Positions 1 to 9,598 are shown, counted from the first letter of the stretch. The stretch: 64,000 nucleotides of DNA from Acidobacteriota bacterium (GCA_021730945.1 JAKFYH010000035.1:7722-71721), one strand, 5' to 3'. Notes: a model not told the origin generated them from the letters alone. Numbers and translations: made by a program.

Positions 1-724
1 TGCTCCTTTTGCTCAACCACTCGTGTTCATCGGCGTCGAGCGCCGCGTCCGCCAGGAGTTCAGGTCGCCGTTCGACCGTCCGCTCCAGCGCCGCCTGGCG
101 CCGCCACCGGCGAATTTCTCCGTGATGCCCCGACAACAACACACCGGGCACCTGCCGTCCCTCGTACTCCGCGGGTCTCGTGTAGTGCGGGTAGTCGAGC
201 AACCCGCGCGTAAACGAATCCCCGTCCACCGACTGTTCGTCGCCGACCACGCCGGGCACCAACCGCGCCACCGCGTCGACCACCGCCAGCGCGGCGATCT
301 CGCCGCCCGACAGCACGTAATCGCCGATCGACAACTCCTCGGTCGCCAGCGCCTCTCGGACCCGCTCGTCAATCCCCTCGTATCGCCCACAGAGCAACAC
401 GATGTGGGACACACCCACCAGCCGCCGCGCGCCGGCCTGCGTCAACGGCGTGCCGGCCGGCGTCAGCATCACCACCGCATCCGGCACGCCCCGGTGTTCG
501 CGGATGTGGGCCAGCGCGGCAAAGAACGGCTCGGGCTTCATCACCATCCCGGGACCGCCGCCAAACGGCACGTCGTCAACGACGTGATGCTTGTCGGTCG
601 TGAAGTCGCGGAGGTTGTGGACCGCGATGTCGATCAGTCCACTGGTGCGAGCCCGGCCTACCACGCCTTCCGCGAGGCCGGCTTCGACCATGCGCGGAAA
701 GATCGTGATGATGTCGACCTTCAC
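1..724 (-). CDS. trmD: tRNA (guanine37-N1)-methyltransferase TrmD, 3' end runs off the left window edge
   Basis: Absent from the ORF track because there is no stop in the window. My own reverse-strand translation from GTG (724-722) reads [17 protein letters not shown]...[21 protein letters not shown]...[13 protein letters not shown]...[29 protein letters not shown]...[10 protein letters not shown]...[14 protein letters not shown], a typical TrmD sequence. GTGA overlap with the rimM stop. Canonical rpsP-rimM-trmD order. Confidence 0.9.
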   Translation of the reverse strand, partial: MKVDIITIFPRMVEAGLAEGVVGRARTSGLIDIAVHNLRDFTTDKHHVVDDVPFGGGPGMVMKPEPFFAALAHIREHRGVPDAVVMLTPAGTPLTQAGARRLVGVSHIVLLCGRYEGIDERVREALATEELSIGDYVLSGGEIAALAVVDAVARLVPGVVGDEQSVDGDSFTRGLLDYPHYTRPAEYEGRQVPGVLLSGHHGEIRRWRRQAALERTVERRPELLADAALDADEHEWLSKRS

Positions 725-1254
725 CGCCAATCTCCGTTCAACTCCAGCAGCCCGGCCGGCGGGCGCACCGTAATGCGTCTCGCCGTCACGTCGACCGTGC
801 AAATCTCCTCGGCCAGCGGGATCAACATCTCGCTGCGCCGGCCCGCCACCACCAGCCGCGCCTGGGCGCTGTCGTCGAGCACATCAGTCACGCGCCCAAC
901 CAGTTCACCGGCATCGGTCACGACCTCGCAGCCGATCAGGTCGCGATGAAAGAACTCCCCTTCGGGCAGCAGTTCCACACCCGCCTCGTCGGTGCGCAGT
1001 TGCTGGCCGGCCAGCAACTCCGCGTCGTTCATCGAGCCCACGCCCGAGAAGTGGATGACCGGGCGGCCCTGATGCATCCGCATCGAGGCCACCTCCAGCA
1101 CGGCCGGTAACCCGCCACGCCGACGGGTCCACAACCTGGCCCCCACCCGAAACCGCTGCTCCGGGAAGTCGGTCTCGGGATTCACGATCACTTCGCCGCG
1201 GTTGCCGTGGGTCCGGGCCACGACGCCAACGAGAATCGCGTCGTCCCAGTCCAC
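721..1254 (-). CDS. rimM: 16S rRNA processing protein RimM
   Basis: 177-aa ORF with the RimM-like N-terminus [29 protein letters not shown] and a PRC-barrel-like C-half. Sits between the KH protein and trmD. Confidence 0.9.
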   Translation of the reverse strand: MDWDDAILVGVVARTHGNRGEVIVNPETDFPEQRFRVGARLWTRRRGGLPAVLEVASMRMHQGRPVIHFSGVGSMNDAELLAGQQLRTDEAGVELLPEGEFFHRDLIGCEVVTDAGELVGRVTDVLDDSAQARLVVAGRRSEMLIPLAEEICTVDVTARRITVRPPAGLLELNGDWR

Positions 1255-1259
1255 CGGAC

Positions 1260-1515
1260 TTAACTGCGGCCGGTCTGGTCGCGAATGTCGAGGCTCACGC
1301 GCTTGTCGTCGTCCTCGGCCGCGCTCGACAGTAGCGTGCGCAGGGCCGCCGCGGTGCGACCCTGGCGGCCGATCACGCGGCCGAGGTCACCCGAGGCGAC
1401 CTGCAGTTCATAGACGGTCGCGCCCCGGCGCTCGGATTCGCGCACGTTGACCGCCTCTGGCTGGTCGGCCAGGGCGCGGGCGACGGCTTCAATGAGTCCC
1501 TTGAGGTCTGCCACG
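1260..1515 (-). CDS. KH-domain RNA-binding protein (YlqC/UPF0109-like)
   Basis: Has the KH GXXG loop GRVIGRQGRTAAALRTLL. Start trimmed from the track ORF (1574) to the GTG at 1515, 7 nt after the rpsP stop, which gives the usual ~85-aa size. Conserved position between rpsP and rimM. Confidence 0.8.
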
Positions 1516-1521
1516 GCAGTC

Positions 1522-1815
1522 CTAGACGGTCGGGGCCGCGGCCTGCGCTGCCGCCGGCTCAACCACGATGCCACGGTCGCGGGTCATGTGCTTGGCCATC
1601 AAGGTCCGCACGGAATCCGACGGGCGCGCGCCCACCTTCACCCAATAGGCTGCGCGGTCCTTGTTGATCTCGAACACGGCGGGCTTGGTGCGGGGATTGT
1701 AGAAGCCGAGCACTTCGATGAACTCGCCTTCCTTCTTCGAGCGGGCCTCGGAGACGACGATGCGGAAGAACGGGCGCTTCTTGGAACCGGTACGACGCAT
1801 GCGAATCGACAACAT
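1522..1815 (-). CDS. rpsP: 30S ribosomal protein S16
   Basis: MLSIRMRRTGSKKRPFFRIVV...VLGFYNP...AAYWVKVGARPSDSV is a typical bS16 sequence. Confidence 0.95.
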   Translation of the reverse strand: MLSIRMRRTGSKKRPFFRIVVSEARSKKEGEFIEVLGFYNPRTKPAVFEINKDRAAYWVKVGARPSDSVRTLMAKHMTRDRGIVVEPAAAQAAAPTV

Positions 1816-1892
1816 CTAAGACTCTCTACCTGCGGCACTGGGTGGCCGCGCTTCGGGTTACCAACTGGCCGCACCAACGTGCGGCGCGACGA

Positions 1893-3251
1893 CTAACGCA
1901 TCAAGCTGAACGGGCTCTTCTTCCTCTTCTTCGGTGCCGCCGCGATGGGCTCGCCCGTCATCTGGCCCACCATCTTCAGCATCCGCTGCATTTCCACGAA
2001 CTGCTTCAGCAGGCGGTTGACATCCTCAACCGTCGTGCCGCTGCCTTTCGCGACGCGCTTGCGGCGGCTCCCATCAAGCAGATCCGCCTGCCTCCGCTCC
2101 GCCGCCGTCATCGAGTTGATGATGGCCTCGATGCGCGAGAGCTGCTTCTCGTCCGGCTTCTGGCCGGCCAGTTCCTTCATGCCGCCCATGCCGGGCAGCA
2201 TGCCCATAATCTTCTCAAGCGGACCCATTCGCTTGAGCATCCGCAACTGGTCGCGGAAGTCCTCCAGCGTGAAGCCGCCCTTGCGGATCTTGGCCTCCAG
2301 CTTCTCGGCGTCGCCGCGGTCGATGACCTCCTCGGCCTTTTCGATCAGCGACAGCACGTCGCCCATGCCCAGCATGCGCGACACGAACCGGTCCGCGTGG
2401 AACGGCTCGAGGTCTTCCAGCTTCTCGCCGCTGCCGACAAACGCAATCGGCACGCCGACCACCGACACCACCGAGAGCGCCGCTCCACCGCGGGCGTCGC
2501 CGTCGATCTTCGTCAGCACGACGCCGGTAATGCCCATCTGCGCGTGGAACTCGCCCGCGCTCTTGATGGCGTCCTGCCCCGTCATCGCATCGGCGACGTA
2601 GAGCAGGTCGGTCGGTCCGGCAATCTCCCGAATCGCGACCAGCTCCTTCATGAGCTCGTCGTCGATGTGCAGCCGGCCCGCCGTGTCGACGATGACCACG
2701 TCGTTGCCGACCGCCTTGGCCTCGGCCAGCGCGCTCCTGGTGCGCGACACCGGGTCCAGGTTGCCCGCCGGATCGTGCACGCGCACGCCGGCCTGCCCGG
2801 CGACGATGGCCAATTGCTGGATGGCCGCCGGCCGCCTGACGTCGGTCGACACCACGATCGGATGGCGTCCCTGCTTCGCCAGCCATTTGGCCAGCTTGCC
2901 CGTCGTCGTCGTCTTGCCCGAGCCCTGAAGCCCGAGCATCACAATCACCCGCGGTCGTGCCGACGTCTCGGTCAGCCCGCCCTTGGCATCGCCAAACAGC
3001 GCGAGCAGTTCATCACGAACAATCTTGATGACCTGCTGGCTCGGCGTCAGGCTCTTCAGGACCGCCTGGTCCATCGCCCGATCGCGCACCCGGTCGACAA
3101 ATGCCTTGACGACCTTGAAGTTGACGTCCGCTTCAAGCAGCGCCATCCGGATTTCCCGGAGGACGTTCTCGACCGTCGCCTCAGTGAGACGGGTTTCTCC
3201 CTTGATTGACTGGAAGACGTCCTGGAGACGATGGCTAAGCGCGTCGAACAT
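1893..3251 (-). CDS. ffh: signal recognition particle protein Ffh
   Basis: N-domain followed by the SRP GTPase motifs GLQGSGKTTTTGKLA, DTAGRLH and LTKIDGDARGG. Met-rich M-domain MGPLEKIMGMLPGMGGM. Confidence 0.97.
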   Translation of the reverse strand: MFDALSHRLQDVFQSIKGETRLTEATVENVLREIRMALLEADVNFKVVKAFVDRVRDRAMDQAVLKSLTPSQQVIKIVRDELLALFGDAKGGLTETSARPRVIVMLGLQGSGKTTTTGKLAKWLAKQGRHPIVVSTDVRRPAAIQQLAIVAGQAGVRVHDPAGNLDPVSRTRSALAEAKAVGNDVVIVDTAGRLHIDDELMKELVAIREIAGPTDLLYVADAMTGQDAIKSAGEFHAQMGITGVVLTKIDGDARGGAALSVVSVVGVPIAFVGSGEKLEDLEPFHADRFVSRMLGMGDVLSLIEKAEEVIDRGDAEKLEAKIRKGGFTLEDFRDQLRMLKRMGPLEKIMGMLPGMGGMKELAGQKPDEKQLSRIEAIINSMTAAERRQADLLDGSRRKRVAKGSGTTVEDVNRLLKQFVEMQRMLKMVGQMTGEPIAAAPKKRKKSPFSLMR

Positions 3252-3260
3252 TTTAGTAGA

Positions 3261-3311
3261 GGCGGGCCTTCGACCCGCCTGCGGTCACCACGGCAGAGGC
3301 CAGCCTCTGCC
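3261..3311 (-). terminator. two GC-rich stem-loops between the ribBA stop and the ffh start (possible terminator or processing structure, no clear U-tract)
   Basis: GGCAGAGG (3292-3299) pairs with CCTCTGCC (3304-3311). GGCGGG (3261-3266) pairs with CCCGCC (3274-3279). Both seen directly in the sequence. Confidence 0.35.
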
Positions 3312-3349
3312 GCGCAAACCCTTATCCTACATGAACTTCAAGAGATTGG

Positions 3350-4597
3350 TCAAACCGACTTGAGGCGGTGGCCCAGCTTGTCTTTCTTTACTTTCAAGTA
3401 CTTGCGGGTGGTGTCGGACGCCTCGATCTCGAGCGGCAGCGTCGACGACACCGCCAGGCCGTATCCCTGCAGGCCCACGAACTTACGGGGATTGTTGGTC
3501 AGCAGGCGCATGGTGCGAACCCCAAGATCGCGCAGAATCTGGGCGCCGATCCCGTAGTCGCGCTGGTCGGGCTTGAAGCCCAGCTTCTCGTTGGCCTCCA
3601 CGGTATCGAGCCCCTGGTCCTGGAGGGCGTAGGCGCGAATCTTGTTGGCCAGCCCAATCCCGCGGCCCTCCTGGTTCAGGTAAAGCAGCACGCCGCGACC
3701 CTCGGCGGCAATCCGGCGCATGGCGGCGTCGAGCTGATCCCCGCAGTCGCAGCGGGCCGAATGGAACACGTCGCCGGTCAGGCATTTCGAGTGCACCCGG
3801 ACCAGGACATCGGCGCCACTGCCGAGATCGCCCGCGACCAGCGCGACGTGGGTCATGCGGTCAAGCAGGCTGGTGTAGGCATGGATGCGGAACGGTCCGA
3901 GCTCGGTCGGCAGGTCAGCCTCGGCGGCCTTCTCGACCAGGCCCTCGTGCTGCATCCGGTGGCGAATCAGGTCGGCCACGGTAATCATCAACAACTTGTG
4001 CTTGCGGGCGAACCTGACCAGCTCGGGCACCCGGGCCATGGTGCCGTCCTTCTTCGCAATCTCGCAGATCACGCCGGCCGGCCTGAGGCCGGCCATGCGC
4101 GACAGGTCGACGGCGGCCTCGGTCTGTCCCGCGCGCACCAGCACACCGCCGTCGCGCGCGCGCAACGGAAAGACATGCCCAGGCCGGGCCAGGTCGGCCG
4201 GCCGGGTCGCCGGATCGATCGCCGCCAGCACTGTGGTGGCCCGGTCCTGCGCCGAAATTCCGGTCGAGGTCCCGCGCTTGGCCTCAATCCCCACGCAGAA
4301 CGCGGTTTCAAACTGCGTCGAGTTCAGTTGCTGCGGCACCTGCAGCGGGATGTTCAACTCGTCAAGACGCGCGGCGGTCATCGGCATGCAGATCAGGCCG
4401 CGGCCGTGGGTCATCATGAAATTGATCGCGGCCGGCGTGATGTGCTCGGCGGCCATCGTCAAGTCGCCCTCGTTCTCGCGGTCCTCATCGTCGACCACGA
4501 TCAGCATCTCGCCGCGGCGATAGGCGGCGACGGCGGCATCGATCGAGGCAAACGGCGACTTCGACCGTGCGCCCTTGGCAATCGTAATTCTGCTCAT
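3350..4597 (-). CDS. ribBA: bifunctional 3,4-dihydroxy-2-butanone-4-phosphate synthase / GTP cyclohydrolase II
   Basis: DHBP-synthase half ([15 protein letters not shown]) and GCH-II half ([20 protein letters not shown]). Start moved to MSRITIAKG (ATG 4597), which forms an ATGA overlap with the ribE stop. Confidence 0.93.
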   Translation of the reverse strand: MSRITIAKGARSKSPFASIDAAVAAYRRGEMLIVVDDEDRENEGDLTMAAEHITPAAINFMMTHGRGLICMPMTAARLDELNIPLQVPQQLNSTQFETAFCVGIEAKRGTSTGISAQDRATTVLAAIDPATRPADLARPGHVFPLRARDGGVLVRAGQTEAAVDLSRMAGLRPAGVICEIAKKDGTMARVPELVRFARKHKLLMITVADLIRHRMQHEGLVEKAAEADLPTELGPFRIHAYTSLLDRMTHVALVAGDLGSGADVLVRVHSKCLTGDVFHSARCDCGDQLDAAMRRIAAEGRGVLLYLNQEGRGIGLANKIRAYALQDQGLDTVEANEKLGFKPDQRDYGIGAQILRDLGVRTMRLLTNNPRKFVGLQGYGLAVSSTLPLEIEASDTTRKYLKVKKDKLGHRLKSV

Positions 4598-5187
4598 GCT
4601 TTTCTGAGCTCCAGGGCCCGCACCACGTACTTGCCCACCATGTCGCACTCAAGGTTGACCTTGTCGCCGGCGCGCAGGAGCTTCAGTGTCGTGTTGGCCC
4701 ATGTGTAGGGCACGACCTGCGCGTCGAACTGGCGTTCGCCGAGGCCGGCCACGGTGAGGCTGACGCCGTCCACCGCCACCGATCCCTTGCGGATAAAGTA
4801 CGCCGCCAGGGCCGCCGGATAGGCAATCGTCAGCCAGTGCGACTCCCCTTCGGGACGGCAATCCTCCACCACACCCAGGCCGTCGACATGCCCGAGCACG
4901 AAGTGACCGTCGACGCGGCCGTCAAAGCGCAGCGGGCGCTCGAGGTTGACCATCTGGCCGCGCTGCAGCCCGCCAAGGGTCGTCACGCGGGCGGTCTCCG
5001 GACTGACGTCGGCCATGACATGCTCACCGTCGATCAAGATCGCGGTCAAGCACACGCCGTTCACCGCCAGGCTGTCGCCCAGTTTGAGCTGCGCCGCCAG
5101 TGGCGTGTGAATCCGCACGCGATAGCCGCCTCCGGTGCCCTTCACCTCTGCCAGCGTGCCGACTTCCTCAACGATCCCGGTGAACAT
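4594..5187 (-). CDS. ribE: riboflavin synthase (alpha chain)
   Basis: Canonical N-terminus MFTGIVEEVG and two lumazine-binding repeats (GDSLAVNGVCLT / GSVAVDGVSLT). Start trimmed to ATG 5187. Confidence 0.9.
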   Translation of the reverse strand: MFTGIVEEVGTLAEVKGTGGGYRVRIHTPLAAQLKLGDSLAVNGVCLTAILIDGEHVMADVSPETARVTTLGGLQRGQMVNLERPLRFDGRVDGHFVLGHVDGLGVVEDCRPEGESHWLTIAYPAALAAYFIRKGSVAVDGVSLTVAGLGERQFDAQVVPYTWANTTLKLLRAGDKVNLECDMVGKYVVRALELRKA

Positions 5188-6253
5188 CAAGTTCCATCCA
5201 AACGTCTGGCCCCAGTGTCTCAACCCGCGCTGGTGCGATCTGTGCCAGCGGCACGGGCAGGCCATCAAACAATCTGGCGCCCTGCACTCCCAGCACGGTG
5301 GGCGCCGTAATCACAATCAGCCGGTCGACGATGCCTGCCTGCCAGGCGGCGGCATGCATGACCCCGCCTCCCTCGAGCAGGAGCGTCGACACGTCCCACG
5401 CCAACAGGGCGCGAATATCGACCCTCAAGTCGCCGGTTCCCGGCACCAGCGAGGCACCGGCCGCGCCGAGGGCGGCGGCCCGCTCCGGGTCGCGCTCGAC
5501 CGCCTCTGCCGTTGTCAGCATTATGACCGGCCCGGCCGCGAGCGTCGAGAACAGGCGCGCGGCCGGCGGCGTACGCAGGCGGCGGTCGAACACCACCCGC
5601 ACCAACGGGCGCTGGCGAAAACAGTCCCGCACCGTCAGCACCGGGTCGTCGGCCAGGACCGTTCCGGAACCCACGCCGATGGCGTCCACGGTGGCGCGTA
5701 GCCGCTGGGTCCGGCGATTCGCGGCGGTCGCGGTGATGGCGGTCCGCACCCCGGGGGCGGCAGCCGTCTTGCCGTCCAGGCTGCTGGCTGCCTTGGCGAT
5801 CACCATCGGCCGTCCCGCGGTCTGCACGGTAACAAAGCCGAGGTTCTCTCGGGCGGCCTCGTCGCCGAGCAGGCCGACTTCGACCGCGATGCCTCGCGCC
5901 CGCAGTTCGGCAAAGCCCCGGCCATCGACCAGCGGATTGGGATCGGTCATCGCGGCGACCACCCGGGCGATGCCCGCCTCGATAATCCGGCGGGTGCAGG
6001 GGCCGGTCCGGCCTTGATGGCAGCACGGCTCGAGGGTCACGTAAAGCGTCGCGCCGCGCGCGCGGTCGCCCGCCTCGTCCAGGGCGAACACCTCGGCATG
6101 CGGCTCACCGGCCCGCGGGTGACGGCCCTGTCCCACCACCACGCCATCCGGCGTCACGACCACTGCCCCGACCAGGGGATTCGGCGTGGTCACGCCGGCC
6201 GCGCGCCGCGCGTGAAACAGCGCACGCCGCATGTAATCGGCGTCAGTCACCAT
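5168..6253 (-). CDS. ribD: bifunctional diaminohydroxyphosphoribosylaminopyrimidine deaminase / 5-amino-6-(5-phosphoribosylamino)uracil reductase
   Basis: Deaminase zinc motifs HAEVFAL and PCCHQGRTGPC, followed by a reductase C-half. Confidence 0.92.
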   Translation of the reverse strand: MVTDADYMRRALFHARRAAGVTTPNPLVGAVVVTPDGVVVGQGRHPRAGEPHAEVFALDEAGDRARGATLYVTLEPCCHQGRTGPCTRRIIEAGIARVVAAMTDPNPLVDGRGFAELRARGIAVEVGLLGDEAARENLGFVTVQTAGRPMVIAKAASSLDGKTAAAPGVRTAITATAANRRTQRLRATVDAIGVGSGTVLADDPVLTVRDCFRQRPLVRVVFDRRLRTPPAARLFSTLAAGPVIMLTTAEAVERDPERAAALGAAGASLVPGTGDLRVDIRALLAWDVSTLLLEGGGVMHAAAWQAGIVDRLIVITAPTVLGVQGARLFDGLPVPLAQIAPARVETLGPDVWMELDVHRDR

Positions 6254-7170
6254 TTCTCTTGAAAGATGGCGTCCACATACTCCTGCGGCGCGAATGGCAG
6301 CAAGTCGTCCACCCCTTCGCCGACGCCGATGTAGCGAATCGGCAGCCGCAGTTCGTGAGCAATCGCCACCGCGATACCGCCCTTGGCGGTGCCATCCAGC
6401 TTCGTCAGCACGATACCGGTCACCCCAGCCACATTGGTAAACTCCCGCGCCTGCGCGAGTCCGTTCTGGCCCACCGTGGCGTCCAGCACCAGCAGTACCT
6501 CATGCGGAGCGCCGGGCACTTCGCGGCTCGCCACCCGCCGAATCTTGTCGAGCTCGTTCATCAGGTTGGCGCGCGTATGCAGCCGGCCGGCGGTATCGAC
6601 CAGCACCACGTCGCGCCGCCGGGTCTTCGCCGCGGTCATCGCGTCAAACACGACGGCCGCCGGATCTGAACCTTCGCGGGCCCGTACCATGTCGACGTTG
6701 GCGCGGTCGGCCCACACCTGCAACTGATCCACCGCGGCGGCGCGGAACGTGTCGGCGGCGCAAATCAACGGCGTCCGGCCCTCGCGCTTCAACTGGTTGG
6801 CCAGCTTGCCGATCGTGGTGGTCTTGCCCACCCCGTTGACACCGACAATCAGCATCACATGCGGCGTGGCCGAGGGCGCCGCCATCGGTGTCGTCGCCTC
6901 GAGCACGCGCAGCATCTCCTGCTTGACCAGGTCGCGCAGGCTCTCGCCGCGGCGGCGCCGCCGGCTCACCGCCCCGACAATTTCGCCGGTGGCCGCGACA
7001 CCGACGTCGGCCATGAGCAGCACTTCCTCGAGCGCCTCAGCCGTCTCGGCATCGACGTCGCGCAACCGCGCCTCCGCGGAATCCGCCCGCAGCACGACGT
7101 CCTCGAACTTCTCCACCAGCTGCTGCGTTGTCCGCTGCAGCCCTTGCCTTAACCGGTCAAACAAACCCAT
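6247..7170 (-). CDS. ftsY: signal recognition particle receptor FtsY
   Basis: SRP GTPase motifs GVNGVGKTTTIGKLA, DTAGRLH and LTKLDGTAKGG. Overlaps the ribD start by 7 nt. Confidence 0.95.
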   Translation of the reverse strand: MGLFDRLRQGLQRTTQQLVEKFEDVVLRADSAEARLRDVDAETAEALEEVLLMADVGVAATGEIVGAVSRRRRRGESLRDLVKQEMLRVLEATTPMAAPSATPHVMLIVGVNGVGKTTTIGKLANQLKREGRTPLICAADTFRAAAVDQLQVWADRANVDMVRAREGSDPAAVVFDAMTAAKTRRRDVVLVDTAGRLHTRANLMNELDKIRRVASREVPGAPHEVLLVLDATVGQNGLAQAREFTNVAGVTGIVLTKLDGTAKGGIAVAIAHELRLPIRYIGVGEGVDDLLPFAPQEYVDAIFQEKW

Positions 7171-7186
7171 TCGTCAATTCTCGAAT

Positions 7187-7351
7187 CTTGTGATTTGGGG
7201 ATTTGGTGAGTGGATGATTTGGATCACGAATTTGGGGATTGTGGTGTTTGGGATACTTGATAGTTGAGCAACGGGCCAGCACCGGCGGGACACCCCAAAT
7301 CACCAGCTCGCCCAGTCCCAGTCCCAAATCATCCACTCACCAAATCACAAG
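7187..7351. repeat. large imperfect palindrome built from 8-nt-periodic (G/A)TGATTTG-type units in the gpsA-ftsY intergenic region
   Basis: 7187-7196 pairs perfectly with 7342-7351. 7205-7222 pairs perfectly with 7324-7341. That gives 28 bp of stem, with an 8-nt bulge (ggggattt, 7197-7204) and a loop of about 100 nt. The loop itself carries GATTTGGGG and CCCCAAATC copies. Confidence 0.8.
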
Positions 7352-7366
7352 ACCCCCAGATCCTCG

Positions 7367-8368
7367 TCACGCATGTTCCAGCTTCTGCTTGCGTCCCATG
7401 AGATTGCGGATGGCGGTTTGAGGATCGATGCGGCCGGCGAGCACTTCGGACATCTCGCGCGCGATCGGCAGTTCGATGCCGTGCCGCGCGCCGAGCGCCA
7501 GGGCCGCTTCCGTCGTCCGCACGCCCTCGGCCACCATCCTGGTGCGGGCGAGAATCTGTGACAGCGATTCGCCCGCGGCGAGGGCGATGCCGAGCTGCCG
7601 GTTGCGGCTGAGGTCGCCGGTGCATGTGAGCACCAGGTCACCGAGGCCGGCCAGCCCGGCCATCGTGTCGCGCTGCCCGCCCAAGCCGACCGCCAGCCGC
7701 GACAGCTCGGCGAGCCCGCGGGTAATCAGCGCGGCGAGGGCGTTGTGGCCAAGCCCGAGGCCTTCCACCACCCCGGCCGCGATGGCGATGATGTTCTTCA
7801 GCGCCCCGCCGATCTCGACACCGACCACGTCGCCGCTGCCATAGAGGCGCAGCGCCTGCGATTTGAACTGTGCCTGAATCCGCTCCACCGCTTCGGAGGA
7901 CTCGCCGGCGACCACCATTGCCGTCGGCAGTTCACGCGCCAACTCCACGGCGAAGCTGGGGCCCGACAGCACGACGATTGGACAGCTGGCGGGGAACTCC
8001 GCACGCAGGACTTCCGACATGCGCAGCATCGAGCCGGCCTCCAGTCCCTTGGTGGCGCTCACCAGGGTGCAGCCCGCATCCACCAGCGGGCTGGCGGCGC
8101 GGGCCACGGTTCGCAGGCCGTGGGACGGCACGGCCATGACCACAGACTCGGCGCCCGCCACCGCGTCGCCGAGGACGCTGGTGGGCTGCAGGGATGCCGG
8201 CAATGCGATCCCAGGCAGATAGGTCGAATTGACACGGGTCGCCGCCATGCTCTCGGCCAGCGAGGCGTCGCGCGCCCACAGCCGCACGTCGTGTCCGGTC
8301 CGCGCGAGGTGGACCGCCAGTGCGGTTCCCCAACTGCCCGATCCCAATACCCCAATAGTGCGCGTCAT
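7367..8368 (-). CDS. gpsA: NAD(P)H-dependent glycerol-3-phosphate dehydrogenase
   Basis: Rossmann N-terminus IGVLGSGSWGTALAVHLA and the GALKNIIAIAAG motif. Start trimmed to MTRTIG (ATG 8368), an ATGA overlap with the plsY stop, giving the usual ~334 aa. Confidence 0.93.
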   Translation of the reverse strand: MTRTIGVLGSGSWGTALAVHLARTGHDVRLWARDASLAESMAATRVNSTYLPGIALPASLQPTSVLGDAVAGAESVVMAVPSHGLRTVARAASPLVDAGCTLVSATKGLEAGSMLRMSEVLRAEFPASCPIVVLSGPSFAVELARELPTAMVVAGESSEAVERIQAQFKSQALRLYGSGDVVGVEIGGALKNIIAIAAGVVEGLGLGHNALAALITRGLAELSRLAVGLGGQRDTMAGLAGLGDLVLTCTGDLSRNRQLGIALAAGESLSQILARTRMVAEGVRTTEAALALGARHGIELPIAREMSEVLAGRIDPQTAIRNLMGRKQKLEHA

Positions 8369-8937
8369 GCGCCCAAGGCCCGTTCGGTTCGTGACCATAA
8401 GCGAACCAGGTTGCCGCGGTGGCGAAATACGATCAAAGCCGCCACCAGCGTGGCCGCCAGGTCGACGGCGAGCGGCCCCGGCAACGGCCACTCGATCAGC
8501 GGCAGCAGGATGGTGGCGACGATCGATCCCAGTGACACAAATCGCGTGCGGGCGAGGGTCACGCCAAAGGCGAGCGCGGCAATGGCCGTGGGCCAGGGCG
8601 ACAGCACTCCGAACACGCCGGCCGCGGTCGCCACACCCTTGCCGCCTTTGAAGCCGAGCCACACTGGATAGATATGACCGACGACGGCCGCCACGCCGGC
8701 CGCCGCCGCCGGCAGTTCGCCGCCCGCCAGCAACACCGCGGTGGCGCCTTTGGCCATGTCAGCGACCATCACCGCAATCCCCATGCGCAGCCCGCCGGTG
8801 CGATACACGTTGGCGGCACCGACGTTGCCGCTGCCCACCCTTCGCAGGTCGACGCCACTCGCCGTGTGCGCAACGAGGTAGCCGATCGGCAATGAACCGA
8901 CGAGGTAACCGATCACGATGGCGGGAAGCAGGTCCAC
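8365..8937 (-). CDS. plsY: glycerol-3-phosphate acyltransferase PlsY
   Basis: GSGNVGAANVYRTGG and FKGGKGVATAAG motifs in a polytopic membrane protein. Conserved plsY-gpsA pairing. Confidence 0.93.
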   Translation of the reverse strand: MDLLPAIVIGYLVGSLPIGYLVAHTASGVDLRRVGSGNVGAANVYRTGGLRMGIAVMVADMAKGATAVLLAGGELPAAAAGVAAVVGHIYPVWLGFKGGKGVATAAGVFGVLSPWPTAIAALAFGVTLARTRFVSLGSIVATILLPLIEWPLPGPLAVDLAATLVAALIVFRHRGNLVRLWSRTERALGA

Positions 8938-8941
8938 GATG

Positions 8942-9598
8942 CTATGGGTCCGTTGGGGTCAACCGTGCGCTGACCAGTCCAGTATAGTGCGGCCCCTTCG
9001 GCGTCAACTGACTGCGATACAGCGTCACGCGGTCGATCACCGAGCGAACGCCGCGCACCTCGACGGCCTGCAGCAGCTTGGGCCAGTCGACCCCAGCGCC
9101 CGCCATCTTGACCCTGCCCAGCGTCAGATGCGGCAGGAGCGGCCGCGCGTCGAGGTCGACGGAGCCAGCCAGACGGCGGGCGACTTCTGCCTCGAGGGCG
9201 CCAAGCGCCCCACCGCCGTCGACCACGCCCAGCCACAGGGCCCGCGGCTGTCGCGCCGAAGGAAAGGCGCCCACGCCGCGCCACGTGACCTCGAACGGCG
9301 CCAGGCCAAAGGGTGGTGCCAGCCGCTCGCACATCTCCGGCAGCAGCGCGTCGTTCACATCGCCCATGAAGCGCAGCGTGACATGCAAGGCCGCCGGCTT
9401 CACCCACGCCACTTTCGGGGGCGCCTTCACCGCCTCGAGTTTGCCGGCCAGCGCCTGGATCACCCGCGCCGCCTCGGCGCGCACGGCATCGCCGACATCA
9501 ACCGCGACAAAGACACTCGCGCCAACGGGCGGTTGTCCTGGTCGGCCGGGACTGCGCGGCGGCTCGCCGAAGCGGCCCGCGGCCGCGGAGGCGGGCAT
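8942..9598 (-). CDS. thpR: RNA 2',3'-cyclic phosphodiesterase (2H family, ThpR/LigT)
   Basis: Two H-x-T/S-x motifs, LHVTLRF and PHLTLGR. Start trimmed to MPASAAA (ATG 9598-9596), which overlaps the cinA stop codon by 1 nt. Confidence 0.85.
   Translation of the reverse strand: MPASAAAGRFGEPPRSPGRPGQPPVGASVFVAVDVGDAVRAEAARVIQALAGKLEAVKAPPKVAWVKPAALHVTLRFMGDVNDALLPEMCERLAPPFGLAPFEVTWRGVGAFPSARQPRALWLGVVDGGGALGALEAEVARRLAGSVDLDARPLLPHLTLGRVKMAGAGVDWPKLLQAVEVRGVRSVIDRVTLYRSQLTPKGPHYTGLVSARLTPTDP

Noticed and set aside
1842-3209. Long + strand ORF (455 aa) antisense to ffh. Similar long antisense ORFs occur at 3368-4708, 15621-17768, 37549-39576, 51115-53898, 54575-56299, 22550-23857 and elsewhere.
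   Set aside because: These are shadow ORFs typical of high-GC DNA. Their translations are Arg/Ala/Gly/His/Gln-rich low-complexity strings with no motifs. The opposite strand encodes unmistakable conserved proteins (Ffh, RibBA, NtrY-like kinase, GatB, YbbP-like permease, GroEL and others).
6254-6300. Expected FMN riboswitch upstream of ribD.
   Set aside because: The ribD start overlaps the ftsY coding sequence, so there is no untranslated leader in which an RFN element could fold.
7367-8662. N-terminally extended versions of many track ORFs. Examples: gpsA 431 aa, prfC 604 aa, pckA 612 aa, folK 267 aa, MBL 394 aa, RDD 441 aa, TPR 426 aa, TolC 721 aa.
   Set aside because: The extensions are Arg/Pro/Gly-rich, overlap the upstream gene, and precede a Met/Val that both matches the family N-terminus and forms an ATGA/GTGA junction or follows an SD. 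Shorter starts were adopted.
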